From Luteolibacter sp. (GTDB taxonomy: Bacteria > Verrucomicrobiota > Verrucomicrobiia > Verrucomicrobiales > Akkermansiaceae): a stretch of DNA of 37,050 nt. The notes below the pieces were generated by a model. It worked only from the letters and a program-made list of their open reading frames with translations, did no database searches and was not told where the DNA came from. Shown here in pieces: positions 8,580 through 18,811 of this stretch; the stretch's first letter is position 1; each line of letters starts with the position of its first letter. The position numbers and the translations under genes are program-made. Location of the stretch: contig JBIKNX010000001.1 of the NCBI GenBank assembly GCA_044358435.1, forward strand, positions 1 to 37,050, in the 5' to 3' direction.

Positions 8580-9089
8580 ATGTATCCGCCAACTCCAACC
8601 TCATACCGCAACAAGCTGATTTTGTTGACCGCGCTGGTGACCATGGTCATCACATCGCTTGTCTGGTTTGGAATCGGAGCGGCTGGATATTGGTTGATGT
8701 ATAAGGAACCTCCGAGTTTCCAGATTTCGGTGGAGCATCCGGAGACGGTCGAATTGGGAGAGGAATTCGAGGTGAAAGTCTCGGTGGAAAATGTGGGCGC
8801 GAATGACATAAGCTTGGCGAACATCGACCTATATGATGGTCTGTTAGATGGTTTTGATGTCATCGAAATCAGTCCGAAGCCGCGCTCCTCGGAGAGGATC
8901 ATAGGTTATCATTCCCATAATCTGTGGAAGAAACTCGCGGCTGGAAAAAACCACGAACTTACCATCAAGCTCAAAGCAAAAAAGGTGGGATTTTGGGCTG
9001 GCGATATCGACGCCTGCAACACCGTCCAAAACATGGTGACGTATTATGCGGAGATCGAAGTGGTGGCTGTGCCGCCAGCGGCGAATTAG
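8580..9089 (+). CDS. Membrane-anchored hypothetical protein with an Ig-like beta domain
   Basis: One N-terminal transmembrane segment; PETVELGEEFEVKVSVENVG beta-sandwich pattern. Confidence 0.7.
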   Translation: MYPPTPTSYRNKLILLTALVTMVITSLVWFGIGAAGYWLMYKEPPSFQISVEHPETVELGEEFEVKVSVENVGANDISLANIDLYDGLLDGFDVIEISPKPRSSERIIGYHSHNLWKKLAAGKNHELTIKLKAKKVGFWAGDIDACNTVQNMVTYYAEIEVVAVPPAAN

Positions 9090-9122
9090 ACTTTTGGCAA
9101 ACGGTCCGATCCGGAAAAACAT

Positions 9123-10313
9123 CTAACTGCACATCGCCTTTTCATGCAGGGCCTTCATGGCCGCTGTCGGGATGGGAGACGGGTTGGGGTAATCGAACAT
9201 CTCTCCCTCGAAGTTGCGGAGGGTGATTTTGTTCGGGCTGTTATCGATGACGTAGTTCGGATTGAGTGGAATTTTTCCACCCCCGCCGGGTCCATCAATG
9301 ACGAATTGCGGGACGGCATAACCGGTGGTGTGGCCGCGCAGTTTTTCGATGATGTTCACACCTTCGGCCACCGATGTTCTGAGGTGCGATGATCCCGTGA
9401 TGAGATCGCACTGATAGAGGTAGTAAGGGCGAACACGAGCCATCAGAAGTTTATGCACCAACGCTTTTTGGATTTCCGCGGAATCGTTCACACCGCGAAG
9501 GAGAACCGATTGGTTGCCCAGCGGGATGCCGGCTTCCGCGAGGCGGACAAGACCGTCGCGGACTTCGGTGGTGAGTTCTTTGGGATGATTGGTGTGGATG
9601 GAGATGTAAAGCGGATGGTGCTTTTTCAGCATATCGCAGAGCTCCGGTGTGATGCGTTGCGGCAGGAAAATCGGAATGCGGGAACCGATCCGAAGAAACT
9701 GGATGTGCGGGATCGCGCGCAGGCGGGTGAGGATCTTATCGAGTTTCGCATCGGAAAACAGTAGCGGATCTCCGCCCGAAAGGAGGACATCGCGGACTTC
9801 CGTATGTTTTTCCAAATACTGGAAGGCGAGCTCCCATTGGGTTTCGAGGTGTTGCTCGCCGACACCGGAAACCACACGCGAACGGGTGCAATAGCGGCAG
9901 TATGAAGCGCAGCGGTCGGTCACGAGAAACAAGACGCGATCCGGGTAACGATGAACAAGACCGGGAACGGGCATGTGGGAATCCTCGCCACAGGGGTCGA
10001 CCAGTTCTTCGGGTGCGGTCCAGCCCTCTTCGATGCGCGGGATCACTTGGCGACGGATTGGGCAGTCCGGATCGTTTTGATCGATTAGATTGAAAAAGTG
10101 CGGCGTGATCGACATGGCGAGCTTGTTGCCTGCGAGCAGGACACCGGCGCGCTCTTCATCGATGAGATGGATCCGAGCCTCGAGGTCTGCAAGTGAATCG
10201 ATTCGATTTCTGAGTTGCCATTTCGGATCGTTCCAATCCTTCGGGTCGCAATCCGGCCAGTAGCCCGGAGCGTGAGAGGTGAAAGATGTGTCGGGTTCAC
10301 TTGGGGAAATCAT
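9123..10313 (-). CDS. KamA-family radical SAM protein (lysine 2,3-aminomutase-like)
   Basis: HRYPDRVL, CASYCRYCTR (CxxxCxxC), SGGDPL, NQSVLL and PGGGGK (PLP lysine). Confidence 0.93.
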   Translation of the reverse strand: MISPSEPDTSFTSHAPGYWPDCDPKDWNDPKWQLRNRIDSLADLEARIHLIDEERAGVLLAGNKLAMSITPHFFNLIDQNDPDCPIRRQVIPRIEEGWTAPEELVDPCGEDSHMPVPGLVHRYPDRVLFLVTDRCASYCRYCTRSRVVSGVGEQHLETQWELAFQYLEKHTEVRDVLLSGGDPLLFSDAKLDKILTRLRAIPHIQFLRIGSRIPIFLPQRITPELCDMLKKHHPLYISIHTNHPKELTTEVRDGLVRLAEAGIPLGNQSVLLRGVNDSAEIQKALVHKLLMARVRPYYLYQCDLITGSSHLRTSVAEGVNIIEKLRGHTTGYAVPQFVIDGPGGGGKIPLNPNYVIDNSPNKITLRNFEGEMFDYPNPSPIPTAAMKALHEKAMCS

Positions 10314-10382
10314 GCGCGTTAGGTTGGAATCGGATCGGTCGTGCAGGATCCATGATGGGTCAAGACAGGAATTTCTGGAATC

Positions 10383-11279
10383 TTATTTTGAAAGCCTGCG
10401 TATCAACTCGATCAGGCGCTCTGCGGAAGCTGCCAAAGTGGGACCAAAGGGGCTTTTTTCATCGGATTCGCCGGGCAGGAGGGTCGGGCGGGTGGCGATG
10501 CGGATGGCGGGCAGGTTCATTTTGTAAAGGGCGGATGAGAGGTCAAAATCGTCCCCGAGGTATGCGATATCCGCTCCGGCAATTTTACCGAGGTCTTCGA
10601 AGCCGACCGAGCTTAAAGCGCCGGAATCGCGTGAGGAAAACATGAGGGTTTCGGCATCGCCCATGGCCTCGATGCATAGGACCGCCCGCGGCTTGGTTTC
10701 TGTTTGGATCAGTTTGGATACGGTGATGGCGGTTTCCCGGATAGGGGCGTCATTTTCATTCACATGCGGAATGAAAATGAAATGGATGGGGCGAGCGGGG
10801 GAGAAATCGGCCAAGGATTGAGCTGCGGCAAGAGTGGCGGCAAGACCGGTGGCGTTTTTTTCCGCGCCACGGGAATGGTCGGGAGAATCGTAGGAGCTCA
10901 GGATCCAGATGGGTTCTGCGGAACGGTTGGTAGAGGGAATGGAGACTGTGATAACAGGAAATTCGGTAGGACTTTTGATTTTGGTCACTTTGTAGCCCGT
11001 GTTGGACGGTCCGAGTGTGCCCTCGATCATCGATGCGGTGGCGGCGAGTTGATCGGGTTTCTCGGTGTTGCGCTCACCTACCACCGAAATGAGCTTTTTC
11101 AAATCATCGGCGACAGAATCGGCTGAGACGTGTTTGGCAAAACGTTTTTCAGTCTTTGTCCGATCTGAGGCTTCGTTGTGAAAATACCTGACCAGGGCGA
11201 AGCCGCCGGAGGCGAAGAGCCACAGAGGAAGCAGAACAAGCAGCCAAGAAATGAGACGTGATTTTTTTTTGTCATCCAT
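10383..11279 (-). CDS. M28 peptidase-like membrane-anchored protein with degenerate metal site
   Basis: N-terminal TM segment; SSYDS...GAEKNATG in place of AHYDS...GADDNASG. Confidence 0.65.
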   Translation of the reverse strand: MDDKKKSRLISWLLVLLPLWLFASGGFALVRYFHNEASDRTKTEKRFAKHVSADSVADDLKKLISVVGERNTEKPDQLAATASMIEGTLGPSNTGYKVTKIKSPTEFPVITVSIPSTNRSAEPIWILSSYDSPDHSRGAEKNATGLAATLAAAQSLADFSPARPIHFIFIPHVNENDAPIRETAITVSKLIQTETKPRAVLCIEAMGDAETLMFSSRDSGALSSVGFEDLGKIAGADIAYLGDDFDLSSALYKMNLPAIRIATRPTLLPGESDEKSPFGPTLAASAERLIELIRRLSK

Positions 11280-11286
11280 GCTTCGT

Positions 11287-12171
11287 TCAGGGCGTTTCGT
11301 GTTTTTTCTTATCCTCGGCAGTCACGGTCTCATCACCTTCCGAAAAATCCTCAATTTCCGTTCTAATGCGTTGGGATATCAACGGGCGAATGAAACCATA
11401 GATCAGGTAGGCGCTGAAGAGGACGACCGGCATGATGTAACGAAAATGGATGGTCAAACTGACTAGGATGACCGCGCCCAGAATGGCTGCAAAGCTGCCG
11501 CGGGTTTTCCAATCGACGGACTTGAAAGAAGGGTAACGGACATCGCTGATCATCAGCCAGGATAGTCCGAGCATGACTCCGGCGAGCACGTATTTCCAAA
11601 CGCCGACCTCATGGTCGTTTTTGTAAAGATCGATGATGAGGAATGTTAGGGAGGCGATAAAGCCGGCGGCCATCGGAATGGGAATGCCACGGAAGTCATT
11701 TTTGGATCCGGGTTTTTTCGGAAGCGATGCGAGGCAGTTGAAGCGTGCGAGACGCATCGCGCCGCAGATGAGGTAGATGAGAGCGATCGACCAACCCACA
11801 TTTCCGAGGGGAAAGAGCACCGCACGTGAGAGCAGCATCGCCGGAGCCATGCCAAAGGAGATGATGTCGGCGAGCGAATCGAACTCCTGTCCGAAGGGTG
11901 ATTCCTGCCCCCCGAGTCTGGCAAGCCTACCGTCGAGCAGATCGAACAGGCAGGAGCCGAAAATCAGCAGAATGGCGTATTGGTAGTAATGACGGGAGAT
12001 CTCGTAATATTCCTTTGCGGCAATCACTCCATCACCGGATGCTTTTTGGACTTCGATCTGTCCTTTCAGAATCATCAGCACAGCGAAGAAGCCGCAGGCG
12101 AGATTGCAGGCAGTCATAAGGTTCGGCAGAAAGTAGATTTTCGGCTCGTCAGGGTCGCGTAAGCGGGTCAT
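11287..12171 (-). CDS. pssA: CDP-diacylglycerol-serine O-phosphatidyltransferase
   Basis: LPNLMT, DLLDGRLAR...GQEFDSLADIISFG, RLARFN and FRGIPIP. Start uncertain (12171-12207). Confidence 0.9.
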   Translation of the reverse strand: MTRLRDPDEPKIYFLPNLMTACNLACGFFAVLMILKGQIEVQKASGDGVIAAKEYYEISRHYYQYAILLIFGSCLFDLLDGRLARLGGQESPFGQEFDSLADIISFGMAPAMLLSRAVLFPLGNVGWSIALIYLICGAMRLARFNCLASLPKKPGSKNDFRGIPIPMAAGFIASLTFLIIDLYKNDHEVGVWKYVLAGVMLGLSWLMISDVRYPSFKSVDWKTRGSFAAILGAVILVSLTIHFRYIMPVVLFSAYLIYGFIRPLISQRIRTEIEDFSEGDETVTAEDKKKHETP

Positions 12172-12284
12172 GGGGGAAACCATGTACTGCAAACGGATCG
12201 CGCTCAACCTTGAAGAATGGGATATATCACTAGGGGAAATCGCTGACTTGCGTAAACAAGGATTTTTGCCTATAGATTTTGAGA

Positions 12285-13256
12285 ATGGCAGTGGAATTCA
12301 GGGATTATTATGAGGTTTTGGGAATTGGGCGGGATGCCTCGGCGGCGGATATCAAAAAAGCCTTTCGGAAACTTGCCCGGGTGCATCATCCGGACGTTGC
12401 GGCAAACAAAGCGACGGCTGAGGAGAAATTCAAGGAGATCAATGAGGCCTATGAGGTCCTGAGTGATCCGGAGAAGCGGAAAAAATATGATACATTGGGA
12501 GCGAATTGGGATCGCTATGGAGGAGCGCCACCGCAAGGGGCTTGGTCAGGAGGCGGTGCGCAGCAGATGCCGGAAGGGTTTGAGTTTGAATTCGGCGGCA
12601 CCGGATTCAGCGATTTTTTCGAGCAATATTTCTCCGGTGGAGGAGCCCGGCGTGCGGCGGGTTATGGGGGTGGTGGGTTTTCCGGGGCGAGGGGCGGAAA
12701 GCTGCGCGGTCAGGATATCGAGAGTGATCTGATGGTGACGATCCAAGAGGCGTTCAGTGGCTCGAAGCGGACGATCTCTCTGCGCAAGGCGGACCCGCGC
12801 AGCGGAAGGGTGACAACAGATGAAGTTGAGATCCGGATACCGGCGGGGATCGGTGAGGGTCAACGGCTTCGGGTTCCCGGGCATGGAGGCACAGGCTCCG
12901 GAGGTGGCGAGAACGGGGATCTCTTTTTGCGGGTTCGCATGGCGGCTGATCCGGACTATCGCGTGAAAGGTCATGATCTTTTCCGTGAGCTTTCTCTGGC
13001 TCCATGGGAAGCGGTGTTGGGTACGACGATTTCGATAAAAGTCCCCGGTGGGAAGTCCGTACAACTCAAAATACCCGCGGGAACCAGCCCGGAAGACCAG
13101 CTGCGGCTCAAAGGCTATGGCTTGCCGAAAAAGAACTCACCGGGAGACTTGTATGTGGAAATCTCCATCGCATCACCCACTGAGATCAGTCCGGAGGAAC
13201 GGAGCGCATGGGAAAAACTTCGTGACACCTCAACGTTCAATCCAAGAGAGCCATGA
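12285..13256 (+). CDS. cbpA: DnaJ-class co-chaperone without zinc finger (CbpA-like)
   Basis: DYYEVLG, HPD motif, G/F-rich linker and DnaJ C-terminal domain; followed by a CbpM-like gene. Confidence 0.9.
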   Translation: MAVEFRDYYEVLGIGRDASAADIKKAFRKLARVHHPDVAANKATAEEKFKEINEAYEVLSDPEKRKKYDTLGANWDRYGGAPPQGAWSGGGAQQMPEGFEFEFGGTGFSDFFEQYFSGGGARRAAGYGGGGFSGARGGKLRGQDIESDLMVTIQEAFSGSKRTISLRKADPRSGRVTTDEVEIRIPAGIGEGQRLRVPGHGGTGSGGGENGDLFLRVRMAADPDYRVKGHDLFRELSLAPWEAVLGTTISIKVPGGKSVQLKIPAGTSPEDQLRLKGYGLPKKNSPGDLYVEISIASPTEISPEERSAWEKLRDTSTFNPREP

Positions 13257-13257
13257 C

Positions 13258-13545
13258 ATGAAAACGGTAGAACCCGATCCTCACCACCTGCATCCTCTGG
13301 AAGTCGTGATTCACATGACAGGCAGTTCACGTCGTAAAATCACATTTTACTGCCGCAAAGGACTGATCCGACCTGCCACCCATCAGGCGAGCGGATGGCA
13401 TTTCAACGAGGAAACCGTGCTGCGACTGCGTCACATCGAGACTTTGCGGCAACGCCACCGGATGAATTGGGCGGCGATCTCCACGATCATCGGTTTGGTT
13501 GATGAAATCGAAAGTCTGCGGGACGAGCTGAGATTCCGCAGATGA
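13258..13545 (+). CDS. cbpM: Chaperone modulator CbpM / MerR-like protein
   Basis: GLIRP...FNEETVLRLRHIETLR...MNWAAISTIIGLVDEIESLRDEL pattern; directly after cbpA. Confidence 0.8.
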   Translation: MKTVEPDPHHLHPLEVVIHMTGSSRRKITFYCRKGLIRPATHQASGWHFNEETVLRLRHIETLRQRHRMNWAAISTIIGLVDEIESLRDELRFRR

Positions 13546-13648
13546 TTTTCATGGCCCGGGCAAGTTATCGGGATAGACGGCAGATTTAATGATGGAAAGG
13601 GGCGGGATCATTCTGACATAAAGCAGCCACTTACCGCACACAAAATCC

Positions 13649-16600
13649 ATGACCATTCCATCTTTTGCCCCGCGCAAGCTGACCCGTACAATCTCCATTG
13701 GCCTTGTTGCCTTCAGTTTGGCGCATCCATATGAGACGGCCAACGCGAAATCTTTTTACAAGAATGCGCCGCTTTTCTCAACCGCCCCGAGCGAATCCCT
13801 ATCCGTCAATACGATCACGCGGTTCGGTCCGGTGGGGATGTCCATCGAACTGCATCAGCCTGCGTTCACGATGCAGGTTGGAGTTGTCGAGCCCGGTTCT
13901 CCCGCCGAGGCCGCGGGATTGCTCAAAAAAGGCCAGATCATCGAATCCATCAATGGTGAGAAACTCAAAGATATCGACCCGCGCATCCAGCTTGGCCAAA
14001 TCATTGAAAAGGCGGAAGCTACGGACGGGGTTGTGAAATTTGCAATCAAGGATGAGGCCAAGGATGTCATCGTCAAAATCCCGGTGCTCGGTGCTTACGG
14101 CAAAAACTGGCCGCTGAATTGCCCGAAGTCCGATAAAATTGTTAGAAATATGGCCGACTACCTTGCCAAGCCGGATTCTGACAAAGGCTTCGCTGATTTC
14201 GGGATGTTGTTTCTGCTCTCCACCGGCTAGGAAAAGGATCTCGCTCCCGTTAAGGAATGGGTGCACAGCCTCAAAGATAAAAAGGGCAACGGCTACGCAT
14301 GGCACATCGGTTACGGCGGTCTTGCGATTTGTGAATACTATCTCCGTACCGGCGATCCCGTCGCGCTTCCGATCATCAAAAAATGGGTGGATGCGGCGGC
14401 AAAAGGAGAATACCTCGATGCATGGGCGGGCCGCGGCGGAGTGGTCAAACTTGGCTACGGCAACGGTCACCTCAACGCCGGCGGAACCCACGTCGTGACG
14501 TTTCTTCTCCTCGCGAAACAGTGCGGCGTGGAAGTGAACGACAGCCTGCTTCATCGCACGATGGTTCACTTTTTCCGCTATGCGGGTCGCGGCATCAACC
14601 CATACGGCGATGACAGGCCGGAAAATTCATTCGTCGATAACGGCAAGCACGGCAAACTCGCTTTCGCCATGGCCGCCGCCGCATCGCTCACGCCCGAGGG
14701 TGAAAAATCGATTTATGCGAAAGCGCGCGATCATTGTGCGAAGACCAGTTTTTACACCACCACCTTCATGCTGCACGGTCATACCGGTGGTGGTATCGGT
14801 GAAATCTGGCGCAGTGCCTCGATGGGCCTCAAGCAGGAGAAAGAGCCCAAACAATACCGCGAGTTCATGGACAACCGCAAATGGCATTACGAGATGTCGC
14901 GTCGCTTTGACGGATCGTTCGGGATACTCGGTGGTGCCGGTTACGACAACGTCGAGTGGGGCAATTGCTATGCGATCACCTACACCATCCCGCGCAAAAC
15001 CCTGCGCATCACCGGCGCGCCGCCATCCAAATTTTCCAAGCCCTATCAACTCCCCACCCGCCCCTGGGGCACTGAGGCGGATGATATTTTCCTCTCCATG
15101 GATCCCGTCCCCGGCGAACCCGGCAAGCGCCTCGATATCGCTGGAGAAACCCTGGCTGAGGATTCCTCCAAGCCGCTCATTTCACGCCTGAATGAAAAGC
15201 CCATTACGGATGATGAAATCCGCCAATACATATCCCATCCGGAATACCTCATCCGCAACATGATCGCTCATGTGGCCGCCGGTCTGACTGCCGACTATAT
15301 GTTCCCCAAGCCCGCTTATGAAGTTCGGCCGAAACTGTTGGAGGAATTCGTCCTTCATGCCGATCCGCGCGTCCGCAATGCCGGCCTCCGCGCCGCGGTC
15401 AAAGCTTTCGATCCCAAACAGGATTGGTCAAAACGTCTCTTCGATCTCGCGATCGAGCGCCTCAAAGACGACAAAGAATCTTGGTTTGTGAAAGACGCCT
15501 GTTTTTCCCTCATCCAAAAAGGCACGCCTGACATGATCGTTCCGCACGTGGACATGATCGTCCCCTACCTGAAGCATTCCGAGCAATGGTTGCAGAACGG
15601 AGCGCTCATGACCTTGGCCCAAGTCGCGACCGACAGCCGTTGTTACGAAAAAGTTCTTCCGCCCATGGGCGAGTTGTTTCAAACCACTCCGCGGCAGAGC
15701 ACGACAGGTGGACCGCTCGGTCTGTTGAGGGAAAAACTTCCTGCCGCCGATGAGAAAGTCCGGGTTGTCGCGCTCAAAGCGATGGGTGGCGCATACGAAA
15801 AATACAACGCCCCGACCCGTTGGGAGGGCGGCCAGGATCTGACAGGGCACCGCAAGGAAACACTGGGCCGCCTTGCCGAGGCCCTCTCGGGTGTTCCCGG
15901 TGGATACGACCTGCTCTATCAGGTTTCGAAAAAGCAATTTCCCGGTTCAGCACTCCCGCACGACACCGTGTTCCTCTCTGCGGATCCCGAGCAATTCGGG
16001 CCCGATCTGAAAAAGATCATTCTCCCGCTCATCAGCGATAAACTCGTCTATCAATACATCGGTCAGAATCGCCGTAAGATTTTCAGTGAACTCGACAAAC
16101 CCGCCCAAAACGGCACGGTCATGAATTCCATCGACGGCCTCGTGGCGCTCTATAACAAGGTTGGAATCCATGATTACGATTGGAAGCCATTCGGCCCCGA
16201 TCTTAAAAATGCCGAATGGAATTACCATACCTTCGATCCTGCGGAAAAACTCGCCTACGATAAAACCCCATGGCGCTATCGTCCGGTGACTCTTCCACAA
16301 GGCATGGAGAACTGGTTTGCCAAGGATTTCGATGCCGCAAAAGCCGGCTGGAAAAAAGGGTTTTCGCCCTTTGGTCAATACAAAGGCGAACTGACGGATA
16401 ATTCCAAAGCGGAGCGCAATCATTGGGGAGAAAAGCCACGCACGCTGTGGGAAAAGGAAGTTCTGCTGATGAGTGGAAATTTCCAATTTCCAGCGCCCAA
16501 ACCCGGCCACATCTACCGCCTCCGTGCCAGCCGCGGACAGGGTGTTGGCGCAGGAGATGGATTTAAAATTTACGTGAACGGCAAAGCACTTGTCGAAACG

Positions 16601-17251
16601 CAAGAAGGTCTGGGTAGGCGCGCAGGCGACAACATCCAAGGCGGTTGGATGACCCCCGAATTCACCGGGGAATTCACCAAAGGTCCGGTCACGATTTCCG
16701 CCATCACCTTCATGCGTTATGGCGATCGCGCCATCGTCCAGATGCCTCCTGCCGCCCAAGGGATTTTCAGCTTGTGGATCGAGGAAAGAAAACTCCCGGC
16801 GCTCGATGCGGAGGTTCTCAGAAAAGCTGCCTCGTTCGTGCCGATGCTCTCCACGGAGTGGCAGAATCTTCAAAATCCGGATAAAACTCCTGAAGATCCG
16901 GATGAAGGAAAATATCTGTATGATGGCAATTTTGTCGCCAATCCAAAAGCAGAGGGGTCATGGACCGTCATCGCAACTGTGCCAGAGATTGAGAGCTTTG
17001 ATCCTGCGGCAAAACAAACCATCACGCGTCCGCCATTTGTCAAAATCACTCTTAAAGATGATGGTTTTACGCAGGATCCACGCTGGATCTGGTCTGGTGA
17101 GCGATTGTTGGATCTTGATCAAAATATCGCACAAAAAATGACTGTTAAGACCCTGGGTGGGGTTGATTATCTATTCATTGAAGCAGGCGCATTCGGTGCG
17201 AAAAATCCTGTCGGTTGGAAGTCACAGTGGTTGGTGTTGAAAAAAGGTTAA
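13649..17251 (+). pseudogene. Large exported DUF6288-type protein (PDZ-like, helical barrel, HEAT-like, beta-sandwich) interrupted by one in-frame TAG at 14228-14230; pseudogene or readthrough gene
   Basis: ORFs 13649-14230 and 14261-17251 share a frame and read LLSTG*EKDLAPVKEWVH. The intact paralog at 31614-34007 aligns across the stop (LLASGNPKYLPMVKK). Confidence 0.8.
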
Positions 17252-17258
17252 TCTCAAA

Positions 17259-18734
17259 ATGATGAAGTGTTCTTGCCTATTCCTATTTGCATGGATTGCC
17301 GGTTATTTGTTTTCGGCTGCCGCTGAAAAGCCGGTGAAAGTCTATATTTTATCAGGTCAATCCAACATGGTTGGGATTGGTCAGGTCGATGGTGGAGCAT
17401 CGCGTTGGGGTGCGGAAATTGATAAGCCAGTGCTTTCGGTTTACGAGGGAGCCTATGATGCGAGCCTGGATTATGATGCCGCCAAGCCGATCAAAACCCT
17501 GCCTCTTGAGAGTTATGGGGGAGTTAAGCCGACGGAATTTCCCGGTGGTGGAGTGCAAATCGTGCGCGGAACTTTCGCTGCAAAAGAAACTGGAATTTAT
17601 CAGTTCAACCCAGGATATGGTGATTCTGAGCACAACATCATGCTGATGAACGGGCAGGAGATTTATCGCAAGGAAGTTGGCAAAGGACCCATCCATCACT
17701 CGATCAAACTGACAGCCGGAGAAAAAGTTCCTTTTAAAGTCACTTACCTCACAGCCAATGCCAACGGATTGGGTTTTTACAAACGCATGGATATTCCCGG
17801 AACCCTGACGACTTTGGTTAAACAGGAAGGTAAATTTTCCTATTTGTTAGATAAGAATGGCAATTGGGCTTCGCGTGATGACGTTTGGTACAAGGGTGTT
17901 GTCACAGCTACTGGAAATAAATGGCTCAGCATCGGCTGTGGTGCGGGTGCAAGCCAAATTGGACCTGAGCTGGGATTTGGTTTTAAAATCGGCGATTTCC
18001 ACGAGGAGCCCGTTTTGATTCTTAAAGCATCTCAGGGAAATCGATCCCTCGCCTGGGACTTTTTGCCGCCTGGCAGCGAACGTTCTCTCGCTGAAGTTGC
18101 TGATAAAAGCGGCAACAAAACGATGAAGGTGATTGCTGGCTATAAGGAAAAGCCAGATATGTGGGATGCTGATCCGGCAAAAGGTTTAGCCACTGAGCCT
18201 CCTGCATGGCTGGACAAAACTGGCAAGCCCATCGACTGGTATGCTGGCAAACAATATGACGATTGTGTCAACGCAGCCAAAGATGTCCTCGCGAATTTCG
18301 ATGCGAATTTTCCGCATTAGAAAGGACGTGGTTACGAGATCGCTGGCTTTGTTTGGTTCCAAGGTCACAAAGACACTGGAAGCGAAGTCACTGCCAAACG
18401 CTATGAACATAACCTCGTCAATCTGATCAAAGCGCTTCGCAAGGACTTCAAGGCTCCCAGTGCTCCCTTCCTCGTTTCCACAGGCTGCGGCAATCCCGGG
18501 CGCGAAGGCAACGATCTAACAGTGGCCGAGGCGCAACTTGCGGTTGATGGAGGTAAAGGCAAATATCCCGAATTCAAAGGCAACGTGAAATCGGTGGATA
18601 TACGCCATATCTGGCCGGATCCCAAGAACTCGCCCAAAGACCAAAGTTTCCACTACCACCAAAATGGCGGTACTTACATGGAAATCGGGGAGGCTTTTGG
18701 AAAGGCCATGATCGAGATGCAGAGCTCGAAGTAA
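17259..18734 (+). pseudogene. Exported SASA / sialate O-acetylesterase-family (SGNH) protein interrupted by one in-frame TAG at 18318-18320; pseudogene or readthrough gene
   Basis: GQSNM motif, GPELGFG and KASQGNRSL before the stop. The frame continues FPH*KGRGYEIAGFVWFQGHKD...FHYHQNG for 137 codons to TAA at 18732-18734. Confidence 0.82.
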
Positions 18735-18784
18735 GAGTTTCCATGTTCATGGAGACGCATTATTTCGTGCTGTAGAATCATTCA

Positions 18785-18807
18785 AACGGCGACTGGAGAT
18801 CGCCGTT
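18785..18807. terminator. Hairpin between the convergent esterase and ppc genes
   Basis: AACGGCGA-N7-TCGCCGTT with only a short U tract. Confidence 0.5.
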
Positions 18808-18811
18808 GCAT

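Noticed and set aside
9123-10313. KamA-like gene as pyrrolysine biosynthesis (PylB) explaining the amber codons
   Set aside because: It has PLP-dependent KamA motifs (PGGGGK). PylB is a different radical SAM family, and no pylS, pylC, pylD or pylT is visible.
13595-13603. GAAAGGGGC shared by the upstream regions of both DUF6288 genes (also at about 34080)
   Set aside because: Only 9 bp, and in opposite orientation relative to the two genes.
13649-18734. Genome-wide TAG reassignment
   Set aside because: TAG ends uppS at its canonical C-terminus and also ends the KamA-like, deacetylase and other genes in the window.
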